Assembly: GCA_950097015.1 (NCBI GenBank)
Contig: CATNEN010000011.1
Span: forward strand, 2,108,001-2,172,000
DNA from: Macrostomum hystrix
Taxonomy: Eukaryota > Animalia > Platyhelminthes
Length of the DNA: 64,000 nt
Direction of reading: 5' to 3'
Shown: positions 26,017 through 37,700 of the stretch, in pieces
Layout: each line of letters opens with the position of its first letter
How positions within the stretch are numbered: the first letter of the stretch is position 1
Position numbers and translations under genes: made by a program
Notes under the pieces: generated by a model
What the model saw: only the letters and a program-made list of their open reading frames with translations
Databases searched by the model: none
What the model was told of the DNA's origin: nothing

Positions 26017-29000
26017 ATGAGCAGCTCGACAGCAGAATCCGGCTCCGGCGTGCGTCATCAGCAGCTAATTAGCGAGCTGCGAAACCGATTAACGGACGTT
26101 GAACCTCTGCCTGGGGAGAACTACTTCCAGGAGGACGACACGTGAGTAGACTTTGAGCACTGTTGACAAGTGAAATTTTTGACAACACAGATCTACAGAT
26201 AACACAGATCCATAGACAACACATGCCCATAGACAACACATGCCCATAGACAACACATGCCCATAGACAACACATGCCCATAGACAACACAGATCTATAG
26301 ACAACACATATCCATAGACAACACAGATCTATAGACAACACAGATCTATAGACAACACATAACCATAGACAACACATACCCATAGACAACACATGCCCAT
26401 AGACAACACATACCCATAGACAACACATATCCATAGACAACACAGATCTATAGACAACACATACCCATAGACAACACATACCCATAGACAACACAGATCT
26501 AGAGACGCAGCTACTCACTGAGCCCATAACTCCCAATGTCCTATTGGCAGCCTAGTTCGCTTCCTCAAAGCCCGGGATTGGAATCTGGATGCCACTGAGA
26601 AGCAGCTCAGGGAGGCGGTGACATGGCGCCGATCTTACAAACCGCTGACTGTCGACTGTCGCTGGTGTCACGAGCAGCCAGGCTATCACAGCATGGTCAG
26701 ACAAATTAAATAACCTTTTTTCTGTCTAGATACTAGGTTTTGAGGTCCGTGTATGTCTCACTCTCTTCTCTACTCTAATTACGAATTTGAATGGTCGTAA
26801 TAATAATTACACTTGCTGGAGGGCTGCAGCCAGCGAGGGAGCAATTCCGCCCATTTTGCTGACTCCTGAGCACACACTCAAACAATATTGTACGCAGGCA
26901 CACGCTCACACAGCTGTGTACATCTGCCCTGACTTTCTCATCGTCAGGCAGTGTACACTCTCACTGTGACTTGGAGGTTGGCCCTCAAGGGTGTAAATTG
27001 CACGTCAAGCCCCCAAAGCCTTCTCTCCGCGGCTGCGACCAAAATCAAATAAATGTGGCCTCGCCGCGGAATCGAACTCAGGGACCTTGATGCGTTAGAC
27101 CCCTCTGCCACTCACCCCATTGAGCACTCATAGAAGTTCTCCAACTCTGAAACTCACACAATGTCAATCTGTCAATGTCGTCTGCTCAAATATGCTCAGA
27201 AAAAAAACACTGTCGGCATTGATGAGGAAATTAGGGCGGCTAGAGGGATTCGTGAGAGGAGGCAGTTACGCATGATGGAATGTTTGCAGTTAGCTCAGGC
27301 TGTAAATAGTGCGTATTTTCTGTTGGCTATCTCAGGAATGCACTTAAACCAATTTTTCTCTCCTCTCCCTCTTCGTCTCTTCGACCCTCTACTCTCTTCT
27401 CTTGTCTTCTCTGCTCTCGTAAAAATAATTTTTTTTCTGATTCACTTTCCGCTTCTTGTCATTATTTCACAATTTCCTTCTCATAACAACTCTCCCTCTC
27501 TCCTCTCTCCTCTATTAATCCTCCATTTTTATTTTTGCTCCCTCCGTCTGAGCCAGAGAAACGCAGAAACGCAGGGTACAGACTTGTGCATCCAAACTGA
27601 TTTGGCCAAAGAGCGAGAGAGAAAACTATCTGAGGATTAACGATATGTAATGACACCCAGTTTTTGGTTAAAATATCAGCATTAGCTATGAGGGATAGAT
27701 AATTCTGAGACTGTGGGATTGCTAATTTCACGCTAGAAAAACGCAACCAATTCTACGGCATTACGACAAGAATTTCTCATACTTATGGTATTATTTTAGC
27801 TCATTTTTTACGCACAAACATTCGCTAACTTACTACTAATTGGACCAAATCTATCAGTAGTTTGGAGGAGCATGATTTTCTAATCCAGACTCGATAGATG
27901 ATCAGTAAAGAATTGTAGGAGCTGCTAGCTTGGGGTCTATATTTTCTTAGAAAATAGGACATTTTTGGCGCAATTTTTCCTTCTGGGTAAAGTCCACTGT
28001 GGTATTTCAAATACCCGCTGCCTCCTTCCCAATAGCTCTCTAATCGAATGGAAATGAAATTCGTGCTTGATAGCTCGACAAGTGGGATCAGGGCTGCATT
28101 CGAGGACTGGGTTTGATCAGTTCGATTTATTTCTGCTTACTGGTTTCTTAATCTGTTATTTCCACTGGAGAATTCCCAGATGAACCAAATGCAATTGCTG
28201 CTTTCTGAGGCGTGATTTTGAGTAGGGTTTGAGTCCCCTTCAAGACTGGGAGCTGCTTTTCGGTTTGATCTTTTGCTGCCAATATCCATGCATCTGTCTC
28301 TCTGGTTATTTTATCCTTTCCTGGTTTGTTCATTGTGCCGACCTCAGCAGCAGCTAGAAGGCATAAAATGACACTAAACCTGCTCGAGAAGGGCCAGGTG
28401 TGCAGCCGGCAGCACAGCCGCAGCTATTGCGCGGCGCATCTGAAAGCTGCGTACGGCTGTTCAGTCCATGGACTGGGGGGGACGCCACACCCACCCTCAA
28501 TTACCCCAGCTGATGCTGGTACCCATATAATAGCTAAGTGAACTGAGACAATGTAGAGTAAAGTGTCTTGCTAAAGGACACAAAATTTTCCGGTCGGGAA
28601 TCGAACCCCCGACCCTCTAAACCTAGGTTTCACACAGGAACTGTACACTCTCCGTGGCCTTACTCATAGCAATGATCAGTGCCCATGATAGCCATTGCAT
28701 CGCCAACCTTTAAACACCTTAAACAGAGGCAAGTTGGATTTGATGAGGCCGGCCGGCCGGTGATCTACTCCTGCTTCTCCCAGGCTGACGCCGTTCGCAA
28801 CACTGTCGAAGATTCCATTGCCCACTGCACTTACCTCATGGAGAATGCCAAGAGAACTATGGCGCCAGGAATCAACACCTGGACGTTTGTCATCGACTGT
28901 ACAGGTAAGTGCAGCGATTGGGAGTTTTTCAACATCCAGAGTTAAAAACTTTAGGCTTTACGACTGTCAGGCAATTGCTTAGAAAATCGATTGCAGCGAT

Positions 29001-30832
29001 GGTCTTCAGAAGGGCCGGTGGCAGTGTGGTTTAACGCGTTCGCCTCACGCACCAAAGGTCCCTGAGCTCCAGAACAGGCGAGGCCACATTCATTTGGGGG
29101 CGCAGCCGCGGAGAGAAGGCATGGGGACTTGTCGTGCAATTTGCGATTGAAGGGCGATTCTCTGAAGCGATTCAAGGGCGACAGAAGGGCGAATCTCTGA
29201 AGCGATTCAAGGGCGACAGAAGGGCGATTCCCTGAAGCGATTCAAGGGCGACTGAAGGGCGATTCTCTGAAGCGATTCAAAGGCGACTGAAGGGCGATTC
29301 TCTGAAGCGATTCAAGGGTGACAAAAGGGCGATTCCCTGAAGCGATTCAAGGGTGACAAAAGGGCGATTCCCTGAAGCGATTCAAGGGCGACTGAAGGGC
29401 GATTCCCTGAAGCGATTCAAGGGCGACTGAAGGGCGATTCCCTGAAGCGATTCAAGGGTGACAAAATGGCGATTCCCTGAAGCGATTCAAGGGCGACTGA
29501 AGGGCGATTCCCTGAAGCGATTCAAGGGTGACAAAATGGCGATTCCCTGAAGCGATTCAAGGGCGACTGAAGGGCGATTCCCTGAAGCGATTCAAGGGCG
29601 ACTGAAGGGCGATTCCCTGAAGCGATTCAAGGGTGACAAAATGGCGATTCCCTGAAGCGATTCAAGGGCGACTGAAGGGCGATTCCCTGAAGCGATTCAA
29701 GGGTGACAAAATGGCGATTCCCTGAAGCGATTCAAGGGCGACTGAAGGGCGATTCCCTGAAGCGATTCAAGGGCGACTGAAGGGCGAATCTCTGACGCGA
29801 TTTTATTGCTATCAGCTATACAGATTAGCTCAGCGGATTGACTGTCTGATTCGATGTCAATCTCAATTGGAGGGCAAACCTCCAAGGCACAGTGAAGTGT
29901 ACACTGCCTGACACTGCCTGAAGTCAGAGCAGATGTACACACCTACAATATACAGTATTGTGTGCGTGTGTGCTCAGGAGTCAGCGAAATGGGCAGAATT
30001 GCCTCCTCGCTGGCTGAGGGTCTAGTGTCACCAAAAGATGTGCCATTGCCCGCAGCCCTCCTGCAATTACCATTCTGGTTATTATTACCATGGTCTCCAT
30101 TTACAATGTCCCAAAGGCCTCAGCCTGCCCCAATGCAATCCGGGCTTCGCCAACGGAGTCGTCAGCGTGTTCAGCAACTTCTACCCGGAGCAGATGGAGC
30201 GCATTGTATGCGTGAACCACAGCAGCCTATTCCACGGAGTCTGGAACGCCATGAAAGTGTTCGTGGACGCGAGGACCGTCAAGAAGATGAAATTTGTCCG
30301 CGGCAAAGACAAAATGCAGAGAAAATTTCGCGAACTTTTCGGCGACAAGCTGGCCGCCTGGCTGCTGGAGGAGATCAGACTCAACAAGCTTGACCCGCTG
30401 CCTGAGACGCAGGAGCGCTTCTGGGAGGCTCCGATGCGGCCGGGACAGCACGACCCGCGCGGCTGCTCCGACTACGTGGAAGCTTTTGTCGATCCGTACT
30501 TCGTCAACCTGGCCCAGCGAGGCGAGGCCGCTGTCGCCAAGCCGCACCCGAACCTGGCGGACCAGCAGACAGGCAGAATCGCCGCCTACGTGCCCAGGGC
30601 TTCCAGGAAGAAGTCAAACAGTAAGAAGCATCAGCAGCAGCAGCATGCTGTGCCCGAAGCTTCAAGCTCTGATTCGCCAGCAATCCCCGAGCAGGAGCTG
30701 CTGGCCGCCTACGGCGTGGCTCCAGTGTCTGTTGACGAACTCGACGATAGCGACAACAGCTCGGATGAAGACAGGCGCATCGAAGGCAAAGACAGCAGCA
30801 GATCCTCCAAAGCGAATGGGAAAGGAAAGTAA
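26017..30832 (+). CDS. CRAL-TRIO/Sec14-like lipid-transfer protein, about 387 aa. Exons 26017-26141, 26551-26695, 28727-28904, 30117-30832
   Basis: LVRFLKARDWNLD, VGFDEAGRPVIY, FVIDCTG, NFYPE, VWNAMKVFVDARTVKK motifs; phases 2, 0, 1 consistent; total 1164 nt. Confidence 0.92.
26190..26500. repeat. 17-bp CATAGACAACACATGCC intronic array
   Basis: Period 17 (26221 to 26238). Confidence 0.9.
26798..27119 (-). mobile_element. SINE family B (tRNA-Val-like head), full length
   Basis: A box TGGCAGAG..G, B box GAGTTCGATTCC, internal hairpin, (ATT)n tail. Confidence 0.88.
28397..28619 (-). mobile_element. SINE family A, truncated at both ends
   Basis: Shares its body with the 16975-17276 and 41559-41870 copies. 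Confidence 0.8.
29009..30089 (+). mobile_element. SINE family B copy expanded by an internal 35-bp minisatellite; TSD ATGGTCT(T/C)CA
   Basis: Head about 29015-29080, body resumes about 29870; TSD at 28999-29008 and 30090-30099 (1 mismatch). Confidence 0.88.
29144..29803. repeat. 35-bp minisatellite CTGAAGGGCGATTCCCTGAAGCGATTCAAGGGCGA inside a SINE
   Basis: Period 35 (29401 to 29436), about 18 units. Confidence 0.93.
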
Positions 30833-31267
30833 CAAGAGAAGCTTGGTGGGTAACAGTTAAAAAACCACGGGGTATTTTAAATAACCACATTCTTTCTGCA
30901 TCTTCCCAAATTTTGGTTTCGGATTAAACTGTTGACCTTGATGAAAACTAACCACAAACATTAACTTTGCTGTGTGGCAATAATTTCGTTCCAAATTAAT
31001 TTCGCAAGCACATGTCATTCAATATTGAATTTATACAGAAATATCTCTGTTTGCAAAACTGTCATTTATTAATTTGTGTTTAGTGTATCCACATGCCTAG
31101 CTCACACAATCGAATGTCTCACAAAACAATTGCTGTTATGGTGTTTTGTCATTATCAATATCATTGTTGATGATTATCTTGTGATTAACAAAATACATAG
31201 TTATTCTGTCATTCTGCATCTCCTTTGACTTTGTTAATTCCATATTTGTCTTTGTAACTTTGTGCTC

Positions 31268-33045
31268 ACTGAAGACTTAGGAATGACTTCCTGAAGGATT
31301 GGGAATGACTCACTGAAGGATTGGGAATGACTCACTGAAGGATTGGGAATGACTCACTGAAGGATTGGGAATGACTCACTGAAGGATTGGGAATGACTCA
31401 CTGAAGGATTGGGAATGACTCACTGAAGGATTGGGAATGACTCACTGAAGACTTAGGAATGACTTCCTGAAGGATTAGGAATGACTTCCTGAAGGATTAG
31501 GAATGACTTCCTGAAGGATTGGGAATGACTTCCTGAAGGATTGGGAATGACTCACTGAAGGATTGGGAATGACTCACTGAAGGATTGGGAATGACTCACT
31601 GAAGGATTTGGAATGACTCACTGAAGGATTAAGAATGACTCACTGAAGGATTGGAAATGACTCACTGAAGGATTGGAAATGACTCACTGAAGGATTGGAA
31701 TTGACTCACTGAAGGATTGGGAATGACTCACTGAAGGATTTGGAATGACTCACTGAAGGATTAAGAATGACTCACTGAAGGATTGGGAATGACTTCCTGA
31801 AGGATTAGGAATGACTTCCTGAAGGATTGGGAATGACTTCCTGAAGGATTGGGAATGACTCACTGAAGGATTGGGAATGACTCACTGAAGGATTGGGAAT
31901 GACTCACTGAAGGATTGGGAACGACTCACTGAAGACTTAGGAATGACTTCCTGAAGGATTGGGAATGACTAACTGAAGGATTGGGAAAGACTAACTGAAG
32001 GATTGGAAATGACTCACTGAAGGATTGGGAATGACTCACTGAAGGATTGGGAATGACTTCCTGGAGGATTGGGAATGACTTCCTGAAAGATTGGGAATGA
32101 CTCACTGAAGGATTGGGAATGACTTCCTGAAGGATTGGGAATGACTCACTGAAGGATTGGGAATGACTCACTGAAGGATTGGGAATGACTCACTGAAGGA
32201 TTGGGAATGACTCACTGAAGGATTGGGAATGACTCACTGAAGGATTGGGAATGACTCACTGAAGACTTAGGAATGACTTCCTGAAGGATTGGGAATGACT
32301 TCCTGAAGGATTGGGAATGACTTCCTGAAGGATTGGGAATGACTTCCTGAAGGATTGGGAATGACTTCCTGAAGGATTGGGAATGACTCACTGAAGACTT
32401 AGGAATGACTTCCTGAAGGATTGGGAATGACTTCCTGAAGGATTGGGAATGACTTCCTGAAGGATTGGAAATGACTCACTGAAGGATTGGGAATGACTTC
32501 CTGGAGGATTGGGAATGACTTCCTGAAAGATTGGGAATGACTCACTGAAGGATTGGGAATGACTTCCTGAAGGATTGGGAATGACTCACTGAAGGATTGG
32601 GAATGACTCACTGAAGGATTGGGAATGACTCACTGAAGGATTGGGAATGACTAAATGGAGGATTAACAATGACTTACTGAAGGATTAAAAATGACTCACT
32701 GGAGGATTAACAATGACTCATTGAAGGATTAAAAATGACTCACTGAAGGATTAACAATGACTCACTGGAGGATTAACAATGACTTACTGAAGGATTAACA
32801 ATGACTCACTGAAGGATTAATAATGACTCACTGGAGGATTAACAATGACTCACTGGAGGATTAACAATGACTCACTGAAGGATTAATAATGACTCACTGG
32901 AGGATTAACAATGACTCACTGAAGGATTAACAATGACTCACTGAAGGATTAACAATGGCTCACTGAAGGATTAGCAATGACTCACTGGAGGATTAACAAT
33001 GACTCACTGAAGGATTAACAATGACTCACTGAAGGATTGGGAATA
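31268..33045. repeat. 22-bp CTGAAGGATTGGGAATGACTCA array, switching to CTGAAGGATTAACAATGACTCA after about 32650
   Basis: Direct inspection. Confidence 0.95.
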
Positions 33046-33489
33046 AATCTTAAGGTTTGCCAAAGACTTACTAAAGTATTGAGAAAGTTATATTCTTTAG
33101 TCTATTCTTAAGTCTATTTTTAGTTGTCTCTAAGTGGGTGATTATCTGCCTGGCAGACAGGACAAATTCGATTTTCTCCTGCGAACTGATTTGCAGACAA
33201 ACCGAGATGTACACACACCCACACACACCCACACACACAAGTGGCGATGCATTGGAACGATTTCCTGGAATATAAGCTAGGAGAGTAAGATCTGGGTCAA
33301 AATCTGGGACAAGCAGATAGGGCAGGTTTTTCAAGCATTAACTTGGCGTGGAATCGGTGGAGCTGTATTTGAGTAGACTCGCTTGAGTAATGAAGCTAAA
33401 AATAATTCCTTTCTGTGCATTATCCGAGTTGTAAAACATGTAAATTATTGTTGCTTAACTCTGATTCAGCTATAGCGACTTTAAGTGGC

Positions 33490-34210
33490 TGTTTCTGACT
33501 GTAATTAGCTGTAACTGGTTTCTAGTTTGTAATTTGTAATTTGCTCGAGTTTCGTTGTATTTGACTGTAAGTTGCTGTAAACTGGCTGGAATTCGCTGTA
33601 CCTGTCTGTAAACTGGCTGTAGTTTGCTGTAAACTGACCGTGCCGAACTGTAATCTGACTGTAATTGCTGTAACTGTCTGTAAACTGGATGTAACTATCT
33701 GTAAAATGATTGTTCGCACTGTAAATTTCTTTAAACTGACAGTAAATAGCTGTAACTTTCAGAAAATTGCTGTAAATGGCTGTAAAAAGCTGTAAATGGC
33801 TGTAAAAAGCTGTAAATGGCTGTAAAAAGCTGTAAATGGCTGTAAAAACCTGTAAATGGCTGTAAAAAGCTGTAAATAGCTGTAAAAAAGCTGTAAATTA
33901 CTGTAAATGTCTGTAAATAGCTGAAAGTGGCTGTAAATAGCTGTAAATAGCTATAAATGTCTGTAAATGTCTGTAAATAGCTGTAAATAGCTCTGAATAG
34001 CTGTAAATAGCTGTAAATGGCTGTAAATGGCTATAAATCGCTGTAAATAGCTGTAAATCGCTGTAAATCGCTGTAAATAGCTGTAAATCGCTGTAAATAG
34101 CTGTAAATAGCTGTAAATAGCTGTAAATAGCTGTAAATAGCTGTAACTTGCTGTAACGGGCTGTAAATTACTGTAACTGACTGTAGACTAGTGTAAATTG
34201 CTGTAAAATA
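33490..34210. repeat. 10-bp CTGTAAATAG-type array, degenerate on the left
   Basis: Direct inspection. Confidence 0.88.
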
Positions 34211-34748
34211 CCGTCAATGCTGTCATTCAGTGACAGAGCAGAGAATAGAAATAAAAGATTGACAGATAAGCAACAAAAGGCCCGTAAGAACAGCAAATTG
34301 TCTTTCGCTGGAACCTATAAATGGATGGAACAATTTATTTTAGCACGTACAATTAAAAATGAAATACAAATCTGTCAATATTTGTGGCACACGTATTAAA
34401 CAGTATTGTGATGGGCCCCACTGCAAACAGTGACTTCATGAGGCTTATGAAGTGAAATGAGAAAAGTTGTCAGAATCAAAAGTCAAAGAAAGAATAAATC
34501 AGTACGAGAGACTGGGATTACTAACAGAATCTCTATCTAGAAATTACAGAAAGCACAGAATTACAGAATAGAACACAGAGAACAAAGTAGAGAAAGAAAT
34601 TTAAAAAAATTAAAAAGTCTTTATCACTAACTCTTTTGCATTGATGTTCCCCGCATCACAAAAACTGGACTAGGGGGTAGACAAACAAGCTGGTCTTAAA
34701 TAAATAAAAAAAAATCTTAGATTGGACAGACTTAAGAAAGATGCCGAC

Positions 34749-37700
34749 CTACAATTTGACCCGCTCCATCACATTCCGCCTGCCCTTGTCCCACACCTGC
34801 GTGTGGTACTGGACCACATAGCTGGCCTTCTTGAACGAGTCTCGACATTTTGTCAGCGACTGTTCGCTGAACTCACCGAATAGGTGACAGTCAGGAGCAT
34901 TGTGCCGGATCCAGCTGTACGGATTGAACAGGTGAGGCGGGTAGATGGTCAGGTACGGCCTGCCATCGATTTTCGTCTTGTCCACTCCGCGCTTCCTGAC
35001 GCTGTGAATGCCGTGCATGATCAGGTAAGGACCTGCCAAGGCGAAACACAATTGATTTGATGGATCTGAAGAATAACCTGAAGGATCTGAAGAATAACCT
35101 AAAGGATCTGAAGAATAACCTGAAGGATCTGAAGAATAGCCTGAAGGATCTGAAGATTAACCTAAAGGACCTGAATAATAACCTGAAGGATCTGAAGAAT
35201 AACCTGAAGGATGTGAAGAATAACCTGAAGGATGTGAAGAATAACCTGAAAGATCTGAATAATAACCTAAAGGATCTGAGGAATAACCTGAAGGATGTGA
35301 AGAATAACGTGAAGGATCTGAAGAATAACCTGAAGGATCTGAAGAATAACCTGAAGGATCTGAAGAATAACCTGAAAGATCTGAAGAATAACCTGAAGGA
35401 TCTGAAGAATAACCTGAAGGATCTGAAGAATAACCTGAAGGATCTGAAGATTAACCTAAAGGACCTGAATAATAACCTGAAGGATCTGAAGAATAACCTG
35501 AAGGATGTGAAGAATAACCTGAAGGATGTGAAGAATAACCTGAAAGATCTGAATAATAACCTAAAGGATCTGAGGAATAACCTGAAGGATGTGAAGAATA
35601 ACGTGAAGGATCTGAAGAATAACCTGAAGGATCTGAAGAATAACCTGAAGGATCTGAAGAATAACCTGAAAGATCTGAAGAATAACCTGAAGGATCTGAA
35701 GAATAACCTGAAGGATCTGAAGAATAACCTGAAGGATCTGAAGATTAACCTAAAGGACCTGAATAATAACCTGAAGGATCTGAAGAATAACCTGAAGGAT
35801 CTGAAGAATAACCTGAAGGATGTGAAGAATAACCTGAAGGATTTGAAGAATAACCTGAAAGATCTGAAGAATAACCTGAAGGATCTGAAGATTAACCTAA
35901 AGGACCTGAATAATAACCTGAAGGATATGAAGAATAACCTGAAGGATCTGAAGAATAACCTGAAGGATCTGAAGATTAACCTAAAGGATCTGAAGATTAA
36001 CCTAAAGGACCTGAATAATAACCTGAAGGATCTGAAGAATAACCTGAAGGATGTGAAGAATAACCTGAAGGATGTGAAGAATAACCTGAAAGATCTGAAT
36101 AATAACCTGAAGGATCTGAAGAATAACCTGAAGGATTTGTAGAATAACCTGAAAGATCTGAAGAATAACCTGAAGGATCTGAAGATTAACCTAAAGGACC
36201 TGAATAATAACCTGAAGGATCTGAAGAATAACCTGAAGGATGTGAAGAATAACCTGAAGGATGTGAAGAATAACGTGAAGGATCTGAAGAATAACCTGAA
36301 GGATCTGAAGAATAACCTGAAGGATGTGAAGAATAACGTGAAGGATCTGAAGAATAACCTGAAGGATGTGAAGAATAACGTGAAGGATCTGAAGAATAAC
36401 CTGAAGGATCTGAAGAATAACCTGAAGGATGTGAAGAATAACCTAAAGGATCTGAAGAATAACCTGAAGGATGTGAAGAATAACCTGAAGGATCTGAATA
36501 ATAACCTGAAGGATGTGAATAATAACCTGAAGGATCTGAAGAATAACCTGAAGGATGTGAATAATAACCTGAAGGATCTGAAGAATAACCTGAAGGATGT
36601 GAAGAATAACGTGAAGGATCTGAATAATAACCTGAAGGATGTGAAGAATAACCTAAAGGATCTGAAGATTAACCTAAAGGATCTGAAGAATAACCTGAAG
36701 GATCTGAAGAATAACCTGAAGGATCTGAAGAATAACCTGAAGGATCTGAAGAATAACCTGAAGGATCTGAAGAATAACCTGAAGGATCTGAAGAATAACC
36801 TGAAGGATCTGAAGATTAACCTAAAGGATCTGAAGATTAACCTAAAGGACCTGAATAATAACCTGAAGGATCTGAAGAATAACCTGAAGGATGTGAAGAA
36901 TAACCTGAAGGATGTGAAGAATAACCTGAAAGATCTGAATAATAACCTGAAGGATCTGAAGAATAACCTGAAGGATTTGTAGAATAACCTGAAAGATCTG
37001 AAGAATAACCTGAAGGATCTGAAGATTAACCTAAAGGACCTGAATAATAACCTGAAGGATCTGAAGAATAACCTGAAGGATGTGAAGAATAACCTGAAGG
37101 ATGTGAAGAATAACGTGAAGGATCTGAAGAATAACCTGAAGGATCTGAAGAATAACCTGAAGGATGTGAAGAATAACGTGAAGGATCTGAAGAATAACCT
37201 GAAGGATGTGAAGAATAACGTGAAGGATCTGAAGAATAACCTGAAGGATCTGAAGAATAACCTGAAGGATGTGAAGAATAACCTAAAGGATCTGAAGAAT
37301 AACCTGAAGGATGTGAAGAATAACCTGAAGGATCTGAATAATAACCTGAAGGATGTGAATAATAACCTGAAGGATCTGAAGAATAACCTGAAGGATGTGA
37401 ATAATAACCTGAAGGATCTGAAGAATAACCTGAAGGATGTGAAGAATAACCTGAAGGATCTGAATAATAACCTGAAGGATGTGAAGAATAACCTAAAGGA
37501 TCTGAAGATTAACCTAAAGGATCTGAAGAATAACCTGAAGGATCTGAAGAATAACCTGAAGGATCTGAAGAATAACCTGAAGGATCTGAAGAATAACCTG
37601 AAGGATCTGAAGAATAACCTGAAGGATGTGAAGAATAACCTGAAGGATCTGAAGAATAACCTGAAGGATCTGAAGAATAACCTGAAGGATCTGAAGAATA

